Source of the DNA: Verrucomicrobiia bacterium
GTDB lineage: Bacteria > Verrucomicrobiota > Verrucomicrobiia > Limisphaerales > DTLC01
Direction of reading: 5' to 3'
NCBI GenBank assembly: GCA_025061935.1
Contig: JANWZY010000001.1
Location: 1-34,557 of the forward strand
Length of the DNA: 34,557 nt
Below are positions 18,698 to 27,620 of the stretch, piece after piece; the stretch's first letter is position 1, and the number at the start of each line of letters is the position of its first letter. Both the position numbers and the translations under genes were made by a program. Below the pieces are notes generated by a model. That model ran no database searches, was not told where the DNA came from, and saw nothing but the letters and a program-made list of their open reading frames with translations.

Positions 18698-20146
18698 ATG
18701 CCGAGCGTGTACATCAAGACTTACGGCTGTCAAATGAATGTGCGCGACAGCGAGGCGCTGGCTGCGCAGCTTGTAGCGCGTGGGTATAGCTTGGCCCCGG
18801 ACGAGAATACTGCCGACGTCGTACTGCTTAACACGTGCAGCGTCCGTGACACTGCTGAGCAAAAGGCGCTAGGCAAAATGGCCGCGCTCGTTGCCGAGCG
18901 GAAGCGGAGCCGCGCAAATATTGTGCTCGGTTTCCTTGGTTGCATGGCGCAGAGCCGGGGCGAATCCCTACTCGGTAAACTGCCGGAGGTGGACCTTGTA
19001 GTTGGCACTCAACGGTTGCACCGCGTGCCCGAGTATTTGGCAGCACTCCTGTCTGGGCAACGCCAGAAGGTGGTTGACATAGCAGAGGAACCGGGCAGCG
19101 AGGCGTACATCCGCGAGCACCTTTTGGGCGCTAACGGCCGGAAAACGGTGACCGCCTACGTAAGCATCATGCAGGGGTGCAATCTCAGTTGCAGCTTCTG
19201 CATCGTGCCGCAGACGCGCGGGCGCGAGCGCAGCCGCAGCATTGCGGATATTGTGGCCGAGTGCCGCGAGCTGGCCGCGCATGGGGTCAAAGAGGTCACG
19301 CTGCTTGGTCAAACTGTGACCAGCTACGGGCGCGGCGTTGTGCCTGTGCGTGACGGGAAGTCGCCATTCGTGCAGTTGCTCGAGGCCATTCACGAGATAG
19401 AAGGGTTGGAGCGGATCCGGTTCACGGCGCCGCACCCGCGCGGGTTCGGCCCGGACCTTATCGAGGCTTTTGCGCGCCTGCCTAAGTTGTGTGAGGGGGT
19501 GCATATACCTGTGCAAAGCGGCAGCAACCGGGTTCTAAAACTTATGCGGCGCGGCTACACGCGTGAACAGTTCTTGGATGTGGTAGCGGCGCTGCGGCGT
19601 GTGCGGCCGGCAATGGGAATTTGCACCGATTTCATTGTGGGGTTCCCCGGCGAGACGGACGAGGACTTCGAGCAGACACTCGAACTCGTTCGGCTTGTGC
19701 AGTTCGACCAGGCGTTCATTTTCAAGTATTCGCCGCGCAAGGACACTCCTGCTGCAGCGATGCCGGGCCAGGTGCCCGCACATGTCCGTGCTGAGCGGCA
19801 TGCGCGCCTGCTGCAATTAATGAACGAGGTAGGCGGCGCGCGGTACCGCGCGTGTGTCGGGCGTCAAATGCAGGTTTTGGTCGAAGGGCCGAGTAAGAAG
19901 AACTTAACCCGGCTTTCCGGCCGGACCAGATGCAACAAGATTGTGGTATTCAACGGTCCGGAAACGCTTATTGGCGAGCTGGTAGAGCTTTACATTACGC
20001 GCGCGGGCACGTTCACGCTGTACGGGGAGTTGCCTGACCAGGCGCAGCGCGGCGCCTGGTCGCGTTGCCGAAAGGCAGAGGATTCGAGCGAGGCGAATGG
20101 AGAGGCGTTTTCTTCTGAACTTGCCGAAAGTGTTGGGCCGCGCTGA
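18698..20146 (+). CDS. miaB: tRNA-2-methylthio-N6-dimethylallyladenosine synthase
   Basis: N-terminal YIKTYGCQMNVRDSE, radical-SAM CNLSCSFCIVP cluster motif, and a TRAM-like C-terminus. About 35 extra C-terminal residues. Confidence 0.93.
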   Translation: MPSVYIKTYGCQMNVRDSEALAAQLVARGYSLAPDENTADVVLLNTCSVRDTAEQKALGKMAALVAERKRSRANIVLGFLGCMAQSRGESLLGKLPEVDLVVGTQRLHRVPEYLAALLSGQRQKVVDIAEEPGSEAYIREHLLGANGRKTVTAYVSIMQGCNLSCSFCIVPQTRGRERSRSIADIVAECRELAAHGVKEVTLLGQTVTSYGRGVVPVRDGKSPFVQLLEAIHEIEGLERIRFTAPHPRGFGPDLIEAFARLPKLCEGVHIPVQSGSNRVLKLMRRGYTREQFLDVVAALRRVRPAMGICTDFIVGFPGETDEDFEQTLELVRLVQFDQAFIFKYSPRKDTPAAAMPGQVPAHVRAERHARLLQLMNEVGGARYRACVGRQMQVLVEGPSKKNLTRLSGRTRCNKIVVFNGPETLIGELVELYITRAGTFTLYGELPDQAQRGAWSRCRKAEDSSEANGEAFSSELAESVGPR

Positions 20147-20231
20147 ACCGGAATAAGCGGCCGTTTTTGGGCTTCCGCTTTTGGCCCCGGCCGGGCAAGC
20201 TTCGATCGCCGCTTGACGTGTAGTTAAGCAG

Positions 20232-20945
20232 ATGAAACAGACGGTTTTAGCAGTGTTGCTCGGGCTAGGAGTGAGCTTGCCGGCGCTGTACGGGTTATTG
20301 AAGCCGCGCGAGTTCGCCGCGGGTGTACGGAAATTCCCGCGCTCGGTGCCAATCGGTTACTTGCTGATGGCGCTCGGTGCCGGTTGGTTCATCTATTACG
20401 TTCAGACCGAATCCGCCTCGGATTTTGAGCCGTACAAAAACACGCTTTCGGTAATGTTCGGTGCCATCGGTTTGGGAGCGTGCGTGTTTTTGAAAGATTT
20501 CCTGGCGGTGCGCGGGCTTGCTGTGGTCATGCTTCTTTTGGCCAAACTGATGCGTGACACGGCGTGCTGGGTCGAAACGGAGTGGCGGCTCGTAATCATC
20601 GTTTGGGCGTATGTGCTCGTTGTGGCCGGAATGTGGTTTACCGTGTCGCCTTGGCGGTTGCGCGACCTGATCAACTGGGCGACGGCCAACGAGCGACGGC
20701 TCAAGGTCGGATGCGCAATCCGGCTTGCATTCGGCCTGTTCGTGATTGTGCTCGGGTTGACTGCGTACCGTCAGGCCGAAGCGCGTGCGCTTGATCAGCT
20801 TGAGACCTGGCCGATGTCAGGCAGGCCGTTGCAGCGGATCGAGGAGGCCCAAAAGTTGGTTAAAACATCTGATGTTCGTGGAGCTGCGTGCGGCCACGTG
20901 AGGGGAACGTCCAAGATCGGTTGCGCGCAGGAGGAATTTGTGTGA
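20232..20945 (+). CDS. hypothetical integral membrane protein
   Basis: 237-aa ORF with about 6 hydrophobic segments. Its stop overlaps the GTG of the next gene (GTGA). No recognisable domain. Confidence 0.6.
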   Translation: MKQTVLAVLLGLGVSLPALYGLLKPREFAAGVRKFPRSVPIGYLLMALGAGWFIYYVQTESASDFEPYKNTLSVMFGAIGLGACVFLKDFLAVRGLAVVMLLLAKLMRDTACWVETEWRLVIIVWAYVLVVAGMWFTVSPWRLRDLINWATANERRLKVGCAIRLAFGLFVIVLGLTAYRQAEARALDQLETWPMSGRPLQRIEEAQKLVKTSDVRGAACGHVRGTSKIGCAQEEFV

Positions 20946-21877
20946 GTGCCAAGCGCGGCAAGGTACTGGTGATACGCGGCGGCGCAATTGGTGATTTTAT
21001 ACTCACCTTGCCCGCAATCGCCGCGCTCCGAGCTAGGTTCCAGGACGCACACCTCGAATTGCTCGGGTACCCCCACATAGCACAGCTTGCTGCTGCAGGC
21101 GGCCTGGTGGATTGCGTCAAGCCGATTGAAGCGCGCGGGCTGGCGAGCTTTTTCGTGCGTGGCGGCCAGCTTCCGGACGAGTGGAAAGACTATTTCTCAG
21201 AATTCGATTTAATCGTTTCGTACTTGTACGACCCGGATGGGATTTTCAGCGAAAACGTCGGGCGGTGCTCGTTTGCGCTTTTTGTCCAAGGCCCGCATCG
21301 GCCTTCCGAGACTGACAAGGAACACGCCACGAATGTGTTTCTTAAACCGCTCGAGCGCCTCGGTATTTTCAACGCTTCGAACATTCCGCGCTTGGCGCTG
21401 CCGCGCACGATGCGGACTGCAAAGGCGACACTCGCGGTTCACCCTGGCAGCGGTAGCGAGCGTAAAAACTGGCCCGAGCGCAAGTGGGTCGAGCTGTTGC
21501 AGCAACTGGTTCGCAAGCCGGGGCTGCAAGTGCTGATGGTCGGGGGCGAGGCCGAAGCCGACAGATTGGACCGGTTGGTAACCGCATTACCTCCAGATAG
21601 GGTCGAACTTGCACGGAGCCTCCCGTTGGTCGCGCTCGGGACATTGTTGCAAGAATGCGTGGCCTTTGTCGGGCATGACTCAGGTATAACGCATTTAGCT
21701 GCTGCGCTCGGCGTGCCGTGCGTTGTGCTGTGGGGGGATACGGCGCCCGAGGTCTGGCAGCCGCTCGGGCCGGAAGTGACCATTTTGCGAAGTGAGTTGG
21801 GCCTGGCTGCGCTGGAGATTGCCAGCGTGCAGGCCGAACTCGATCGTGTCCTGAGCCGTCGAGCTATGCCTGGCTAG
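20942..21877 (+). CDS. glycosyltransferase family 9 (heptosyltransferase-like)
   Basis: KVLVIRGGAIGDFILTLPAIAALR is the GT9 N-terminal signature. C-terminal FVGHDSGITHLAAALGVPCVVLWG matches the GT9 nucleotide-sugar-binding region. Start GTG 20942 preferred over GTG 20888. Confidence 0.8.
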   Translation: MSAKRGKVLVIRGGAIGDFILTLPAIAALRARFQDAHLELLGYPHIAQLAAAGGLVDCVKPIEARGLASFFVRGGQLPDEWKDYFSEFDLIVSYLYDPDGIFSENVGRCSFALFVQGPHRPSETDKEHATNVFLKPLERLGIFNASNIPRLALPRTMRTAKATLAVHPGSGSERKNWPERKWVELLQQLVRKPGLQVLMVGGEAEADRLDRLVTALPPDRVELARSLPLVALGTLLQECVAFVGHDSGITHLAAALGVPCVVLWGDTAPEVWQPLGPEVTILRSELGLAALEIASVQAELDRVLSRRAMPG

Positions 21878-21896
21878 GTTTGCCCTGTGAAACGAC

Positions 21897-23081
21897 TCAC
21901 GCTGCGGCTTCCTTGGCGCGGCGGCCGAGGCCCATTGCGCTTTTAAGCCAGGAAAGCACTGCACGCAATCCGATCGGCCGTACGCCGGCGAAGCCGTACA
22001 TCTCTGCCAGTTCGTGCTCGTGCGTCCTGTACCGCGGCGGGAGGATGAACACGGTCTTAACGTCCGCTTCCTCGACCCTGATGATTTCGGAGTAAAACAT
22101 GCCGCGCCCGACCTCGTACCTGGCTTCGGGCAGTCGTATTTCGTGTGGTGGCAAGACCAGCCAGGGCCGGTACCGGAAACAGACCCGACCGTCTTCAGTC
22201 CGAATTAATTTCCCGTACGTGCGCACTGGTACCTTACTTGTCCGGCGGCCGAGAAACATCCAGTTGGCGACGGGGTCGGGCCGGAACCGCTTGTGTCGCC
22301 GCGTGATGAAGTCCCACACGAATACTGCGCCCAGCACGGTGAATCGGAACGACCAGCCAGCAATCAAATAGGCGAGGATGATTAGCGCAATTGCCCACGC
22401 TGCGCCGATCCATGGATTGGCAAGCGCAGTGACGGTGACGGTTGAAAGCAGGAACAGCCTGAACGCTTTCAAGGCTGCATCCAACGGCGGGAACGGGCTG
22501 AGCAAGATCAGCACGTTGATTACGTTCGAGGCAATAAAGACCACCAGAAACGCAGCCATCGAAATGGGTACCATGAGCGCGTTGTAAAGCCATGATAGGT
22601 TAATTGCGCCTGAGCCTAAGCAAGCGGACTCTGCCGAACCAGCTTGGGCGTGGGCCGGACCGAATATGGCCGCGACCACCGGCACGAAAGCGCAGGTGGC
22701 AAGCATGCCACTGAGCTTGTTTTCAATAGCTTCTGCCACGTCTAGCGGCTTTTTGAGCACAGCAGGTGTTGCTGCGCCCAGCGTGTCTTTCAGAAAGCAT
22801 GCCAGGACAATCAGTAACGCTGGTACCCAGAAACTGGGCCTGGCGAACCACGGCAGCGCAGCCTTTTGCTCGGGCGTTTTCGCTTTGAAGTATTGCCATG
22901 CGCCCACCGCGCTCACGCCGAGCAGCGGCGAGATAGCCACGCCGGTTATCATCGAGATCGTTTGAGCTATTTCTGCCCCGGGGAGGGATTTCGGATATTG
23001 CGCGGCCTCGGCGCATTGGCCCGGGCGCACCGAGCAGATGCACAGGCCGAGCGCGAGCGCAAGCGAGAGGGTAGGTTTCAC
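21897..23081 (-). CDS. hypothetical membrane protein with signal peptide and soluble C-terminal domain of about 130 aa
   Basis: 394-aa ORF. N-terminal MKPTLSLALALGLCICSVRPGQCAEA looks like a signal peptide, followed by about 6 TM segments and then a charged soluble tail. No recognised domain. Confidence 0.65.
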   Translation of the reverse strand: MKPTLSLALALGLCICSVRPGQCAEAAQYPKSLPGAEIAQTISMITGVAISPLLGVSAVGAWQYFKAKTPEQKAALPWFARPSFWVPALLIVLACFLKDTLGAATPAVLKKPLDVAEAIENKLSGMLATCAFVPVVAAIFGPAHAQAGSAESACLGSGAINLSWLYNALMVPISMAAFLVVFIASNVINVLILLSPFPPLDAALKAFRLFLLSTVTVTALANPWIGAAWAIALIILAYLIAGWSFRFTVLGAVFVWDFITRRHKRFRPDPVANWMFLGRRTSKVPVRTYGKLIRTEDGRVCFRYRPWLVLPPHEIRLPEARYEVGRGMFYSEIIRVEEADVKTVFILPPRYRTHEHELAEMYGFAGVRPIGLRAVLSWLKSAMGLGRRAKEAAA

Positions 23082-23292
23082 AGGTCGAAATTTGGGCTTT
23101 TTGCATTCGGGGTAAAGCGAATTCTGCGCGCCTCGCCGGTGCGCAGGGGCACGGCTCAGCGACTGCAGCCAGAAAAATGTTGCATTTTACCTGCGCTCGA
23201 CCAAGTATTTGAAAAAAACGTCCGATTTCTTTTGACTGGCGAACGCTTGGACGCTAAACCGGTTCCTCACGACCAGGCTGAACAACGTCAGA

Positions 23293-24075
23293 ATGGACAA
23301 GTATTGTCTTTTTGCGTTCGTGGGAACCGCTTCGCGGAAGTGGGAGCTGGTCTATATTTGGGAACAGGCCACTCCTGAAGGCAAAGCGATCATCATCCTT
23401 TTGATCATCTTTTCTATCCTTGCCTGGTCGGTGATGGTGTCCAAAGCCATCCAAATGCGGCGCGCAAAGAAGCTGAACCAGTATTTTACCGCCGAGTTCC
23501 GTTCCCAGAAACGGGTGTTGGATATGTTCGATCGCCGCATCCAGGCCGAGGGCTGCCCTTTGTTCGCCGTGTACCAGGCCGGCTGCTTCGAGTTGGACGC
23601 GCGAATACAGTTGCCGGAGCGCGGCGGGCGCCGCAAACGCATCTCGCTCAAAGGCATGGAGCATGTGAAGCGTACGATCGAAAATGCGGTCGCACAGGAA
23701 TCGCTCAAACTCGAATCAGGTTTGATCCTGCTCGCCATTGCAGTCAGCGGCGCGCCGTTCCTCGGCCTGCTGGGTACCGTCTGGGGCGTGATGAGCACCT
23801 TCGGCCATATCGCGCAACAGGGCAGTGCGACCCTTGCGGCTATGGCGCCCGGCGTCGCTGCCGCCTTGATCACAACTGTGGCAGGGCTACTAGTGGCCAT
23901 ACCTTCGATGTTCGGATACAACTGGCTTGTGCACACGTTGCGCACTTTAACGGTCGAGCTGGACAACTTCGCACAAGAGCTTGTGTCGCGAATGGAGACG
24001 GAATACCTCCGGGACGAGGACAATGACACACGTGCCGAGCCGTTCCGGCTGCGGGTCGAGCAATCTGATGCGTGA
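23293..24075 (+). CDS. tolQ: MotA/TolQ/ExbB proton-channel protein
   Basis: 3-TM layout with LAIAVSGAPFLGLLGTVWGVMSTF and APGVAAALITTVAGLLVAIPS motifs. First gene of the tolQRAB-pal order. Confidence 0.85.
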   Translation: MDKYCLFAFVGTASRKWELVYIWEQATPEGKAIIILLIIFSILAWSVMVSKAIQMRRAKKLNQYFTAEFRSQKRVLDMFDRRIQAEGCPLFAVYQAGCFELDARIQLPERGGRRKRISLKGMEHVKRTIENAVAQESLKLESGLILLAIAVSGAPFLGLLGTVWGVMSTFGHIAQQGSATLAAMAPGVAAALITTVAGLLVAIPSMFGYNWLVHTLRTLTVELDNFAQELVSRMETEYLRDEDNDTRAEPFRLRVEQSDA

Positions 24076-24512
24076 GGGATCAAATGAGGCGGTTCTCGAA
24101 ACGCAGTTATCTGGTCACGTTGAGCGAGATCAACATCACGCCGCTGCTCGATCTCGCGTTCGTGCTGCTGATTATATTCGTGATCACCACGCCGCTGCTC
24201 GAGCAAAGCATAAACCTCAAACTTCCGACCGGGGGTGCCCCTGATAAGTTTGTGAACCGCCAAAATATTCGGCTCGTCGAGATCACCCCCCAGGGCACGT
24301 ATTACCTCGAGCGGCAGCGGATGCGTTCATTGGCCGAGCTCGAACGCGCGCTTGTCGCCGCGCACCGCGCAAACACAAATCTGATTGTCCGTATCCGTGC
24401 GGACGAGAACGGCCCGTACAAGCACGTGGCCGCTGTCTTGGATCTGTGCTTGCGCAACGGCATAACCCGTTTTTCGCTCGGCACAGAACCGCCCAGCACA
24501 ACGGCACGATGA
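24072..24512 (+). CDS. tolR: ExbD/TolR biopolymer transport protein
   Basis: EINITPLLDLAFVLLIIFVITTP is the canonical ExbD/TolR TM motif. GTG 24072 overlaps the tolQ stop; alternative ATG 24084 follows GAGGGA. Confidence 0.85.
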   Translation: MRDQMRRFSKRSYLVTLSEINITPLLDLAFVLLIIFVITTPLLEQSINLKLPTGGAPDKFVNRQNIRLVEITPQGTYYLERQRMRSLAELERALVAAHRANTNLIVRIRADENGPYKHVAAVLDLCLRNGITRFSLGTEPPSTTAR

Positions 24513-25435
24513 ACCGGCTGCAGAAAAAGTGTTTCATAGTCTCGGCGCTGGTGCACCTGCTGTTGCTCGCGGTGCTGGTGTTCGGTCCGGCGTTCGTGCC
24601 GGCGCGCCAACCCCGTTTCGAGGTGTTCGAAGTCATAGAATTCACGCCATTGCGCACCACGGACATGCCTGTAGCCGGCGGCGGCAGCCCGACAGGCGCG
24701 CAACCGCAGATGGTGCCCGAACCGCCAGTAGCACCCGCGCCGCAGGTTAAGCCCGCGCCGGAGCTTAAGCCAACGCCAGCGGTTGCGCCCGAGCCGCCAC
24801 CGCGTCCGGAAGTCAGGCTACCGGTGACTCCGTCGGCTCAGCCAATGCCGGTTGAGCGGCCGGCGCCGCGGCCTCAACCCCAGCCGGCGCAGCCGGAACC
24901 GACCCGCGCAGTCGAACCGCGTCCGGCAGAAACAAGGCCTACACGCCGTTTGCCACAGGTCAGCACACAATTGGTCACGCGCGCGCAGGTAGCCGGGACG
25001 AATACGCGCCCGCGCGCTACCCGCCGCACTCAGCAGGTTGACCCCGATCAATTCGCCGCTGTGGCAAACAGTTTGCGGCAGCGCCTCGGGACCAGCAGCA
25101 CTACGAGCATCGAGTTGCTCGGGCCGGGCGGCGGCGGCGTCCCTTACGCGAACTTCAAGCAAGCCGTGTTCAGTGCGTATTACAACGCTTGGATGCCCCC
25201 GGCGACAATTGCGAACGAGAATCTTGTGACTAAGGCGGCGGTCACGATCGCGCGTGACGGGACGGTGATTTCGGCGCGAATAACTGACCCGTCCGGCGAC
25301 GCGGCAATGGATGCGTCCGTGCAGCGTGCGCTCGAGCGGGTGAAATTTGTTGCGCCGCTGCCGGACGGGACGCCGGAACAGCAGCGGACGTTGATAATCA
25401 TTTTCGATTTAAGGGCAAAACGAGGTATAGGATGA
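24509..25435 (+). CDS. tolA: TolA/TonB-like protein (N-terminal TM anchor, Pro-rich linker, TonB_C-like domain)
   Basis: Start placed at ATG 24509 (MNRLQKKCFIVSALVHLLLLAVLVF), in ATGA overlap with tolR. Long P/A/E/R-rich spacer. The C-terminal part (AAVTIARDGTVISARITDPSGDAAMDASVQRALERV) resembles TonB/TolA C-terminal domains. Confidence 0.7.
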   Translation: MNRLQKKCFIVSALVHLLLLAVLVFGPAFVPARQPRFEVFEVIEFTPLRTTDMPVAGGGSPTGAQPQMVPEPPVAPAPQVKPAPELKPTPAVAPEPPPRPEVRLPVTPSAQPMPVERPAPRPQPQPAQPEPTRAVEPRPAETRPTRRLPQVSTQLVTRAQVAGTNTRPRATRRTQQVDPDQFAAVANSLRQRLGTSSTTSIELLGPGGGGVPYANFKQAVFSAYYNAWMPPATIANENLVTKAAVTIARDGTVISARITDPSGDAAMDASVQRALERVKFVAPLPDGTPEQQRTLIIIFDLRAKRGIG

Positions 25436-26613
25436 AAATGTCAGTTGTTGTGACGCGGAATGTCGGACTAATACTGTTTGCAATTTCTGGGCTTGCGCTC
25501 ACGGCCCAGGAAGAAGTCGTTATCAGCAAGGAGGCATGGCACCTGAACGAGTTGCCAATCCCAATTGCAGTGGTAGGGTTTTCTGGCGAGGTCGAGCGCG
25601 TGCTCAAGTTCGACCTCGAAGTTGTCGGCTGCAAGCTGGTCAGCCCATCAGAAGCGCAATACCTTGTGTCCGGCAGTAATAGTGAAAGAGTCGAGGGCCG
25701 CCTAACTGACCAGATCAGCAAGACCGTACTTTTGGCCAAAGCATACACTGGCGGCACGTTGCGCGCGCAAGCACATGCATTTGCCGATGATATCGTGGCC
25801 TTGCTGCCCAACCGTGGCAGGGGGATCGCACGTACCCGAATCGCTTTCAGAGTAGCCCAAGGCCAGGTCAGCGAAATTTACGTGGCGGACTACGACGGAT
25901 TCAATGCGCAACCGGTGACCCAGGACGGCACAATCACGGCCGCCCCAGCTTGGGTGCCGGGCCGGCTCGAACTTTACTACACGTCCTATAAACTCGGCGG
26001 CCCGCACATTTTCCGCCACGACCTTAGCACTGGCACGCGAAAAGTGTTCGCGCGCTACCCGGGCTTGAATACAAGCGCGGCGGTCTCGCCCGACGGACGA
26101 CGTGTGGCAATGATACTAAGCAAAAGCGGCAGCCCAGACTTATATGTTTGCAACGCCGATGGATCGGACCTCAAACAGTTGACTTTCACGCGCGAGGACG
26201 AGTCGTCACCGTGCTGGTCACCGGACGGGCGGTGGATTTGTTTCGCAGCCAAGCCGAAGGAACGCAGGGTATTGTGCAAAGTGCGCGCCGATGGCGGGCC
26301 GGTGGAAATCATCCGCACTGGCGGTGTGCCCAACCCCACGGAGCCGGACTGGTCACCAGACGGCAGATGGATCGCTTTTACGTCCCAGACGCGGGCAGGA
26401 TTCGATATTTGCGTTGTCCCGGCTGAGGGCGGCACAGCAACCGTGCTTGTCGCTGGCGAAGACCCTAGCTGGGCGCCGAACTCGCGCACGCTCATCTTCA
26501 CGCGGCGCGTCCAGGGCGGAACTGTGCTGTCTTTGCTTGACGTACCGACGCGACAAGTCAAGGATGTGGCACGAGTTTCGGGCAATTGTTCGCAACCAAG
26601 TTGGGCCAGATAA
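25432..26613 (+). CDS. tolB: Tol-Pal system beta-propeller protein TolB
   Basis: Signal peptide, then repeated SPDGRxxAF-type blades (AAVSPDGRRVAM, PCWSPDGRWICFAA, PDWSPDGRWIAFTS). ATGA overlap with tolA. Confidence 0.85.
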   Translation: MKMSVVVTRNVGLILFAISGLALTAQEEVVISKEAWHLNELPIPIAVVGFSGEVERVLKFDLEVVGCKLVSPSEAQYLVSGSNSERVEGRLTDQISKTVLLAKAYTGGTLRAQAHAFADDIVALLPNRGRGIARTRIAFRVAQGQVSEIYVADYDGFNAQPVTQDGTITAAPAWVPGRLELYYTSYKLGGPHIFRHDLSTGTRKVFARYPGLNTSAAVSPDGRRVAMILSKSGSPDLYVCNADGSDLKQLTFTREDESSPCWSPDGRWICFAAKPKERRVLCKVRADGGPVEIIRTGGVPNPTEPDWSPDGRWIAFTSQTRAGFDICVVPAEGGTATVLVAGEDPSWAPNSRTLIFTRRVQGGTVLSLLDVPTRQVKDVARVSGNCSQPSWAR

Positions 26614-26647
26614 ACTGGCCGAGGAAAATTCAAACGTTACGTGGAAC

Positions 26648-27229
26648 ATGAAACTGAACAAGCTTGGCAACTTACTCGTCATTGGTTTGATGGTCACGTG
26701 CGCAGTTTGCGGCTGCCGCAAAAAACCCGTTGCAGTGACACCTATCCCACAGCGCCCACCTGGGCAGGTGGGGGATGTGTCCCCTGGTAGGCCGATCGAG
26801 CCCGCGCGGGAGACCGTCGGATACGAGACGCCTAGTGGCATCCCGATCAGCGAGGTTGACCGCACCGGCTGGCGCGAAGACGCCGAAATGTTCAAAAGCG
26901 AGACCGTGTACTTCGACTTCGACAGCTCGGCGATCAAGCCTGGCGAGCGGCCCAAGATTCAGACGGTGGCCACCTACATGAAGGCCAACCCGCGCGTGGC
27001 GGTCCGGGTCGAAGGCCATTGCGACGAGCGCGGTACCATCGAGTACAATCGCGCGCTAGGCGAACGGCGCGCACTGGCTATTCGTGAAGAGCTTGTCCGG
27101 CTCGGTATCGCCCCGGACCGTATCAGCACCATTAGCTACGGCGAAGAGCGGCCAGTTGACCCAGGGCATAACGAAGAAGCGTGGCGTAAGAACAGGCGCG
27201 GCGAGTTCGTCATATTGACCCCGCCGTGA
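26648..27229 (+). CDS. pal: peptidoglycan-associated lipoprotein (OmpA family)
   Basis: Start at ATG 26648 (MKLNKLGNLLVIGLMVTCAVCGC, lipobox). C-terminal OmpA-like VYFDFDSSAIKP...VEGHCDERGTIEYNRALGERRA...NRRGEFVIL. The ORF-track extension back to 26291 overlaps tolB and is not coding. Confidence 0.9.
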   Translation: MKLNKLGNLLVIGLMVTCAVCGCRKKPVAVTPIPQRPPGQVGDVSPGRPIEPARETVGYETPSGIPISEVDRTGWREDAEMFKSETVYFDFDSSAIKPGERPKIQTVATYMKANPRVAVRVEGHCDERGTIEYNRALGERRALAIREELVRLGIAPDRISTISYGEERPVDPGHNEEAWRKNRRGEFVILTPP

Positions 27230-27319
27230 CCGCGCGCCTGAGGCGCGGAGCTGCAGCCTTTCTTTGGGCCTTTACTCTTTGTGCCGTGTGGCCTACTGTT
27301 AGTCCGGAAAGGCCATGTT

Positions 27320-27559
27320 ATGAAACTTGTATTCGCAGGCGCGATTGGCGGCTGGGAGCTGATTCTGATTTTTGCAGTTATCCTGTTGCTGTTCGGCGCG
27401 CGAAAGCTGCCTGAGCTTGCCCGGGGGTTGGGCCAAGCGATTCGGGAGTTCCGCAAGGCCTCGCGCGAGGTCGCAGACGAGATCACGGCTACGCCGCCGG
27501 ACACGGGCGAGCCGAATTCGGTACAGAAGAAACCTGGCGAAGCGCAAAAGAATTCCTGA
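27320..27559 (+). CDS. tatA: twin-arginine translocase subunit TatA/E
   Basis: ATG 27320. GGWELILIFAVILLLFGARKLPELARGLGQAIREFRKA is the TatA TM plus amphipathic-helix signature. Confidence 0.85.
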   Translation: MKLVFAGAIGGWELILIFAVILLLFGARKLPELARGLGQAIREFRKASREVADEITATPPDTGEPNSVQKKPGEAQKNS

Positions 27560-27620
27560 GCCGACGCGCTGCACCTGGCCGTGAATCGTTACTTTTAGTT
27601 GCCCACTCGCAAGGTGCATC

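Noticed and set aside
23352-24263. 303-aa minus-strand ORF
   Set aside because: It is antisense to tolQ/tolR, which carry clear family motifs, so it is a GC-driven open frame.
26291-26647. Upstream extension of the pal ORF (312 aa in the ORF track)
   Set aside because: The extension overlaps the 3' third of tolB in another frame and is Arg/Ser-rich. A canonical lipoprotein signal with lipobox begins at ATG 26648.
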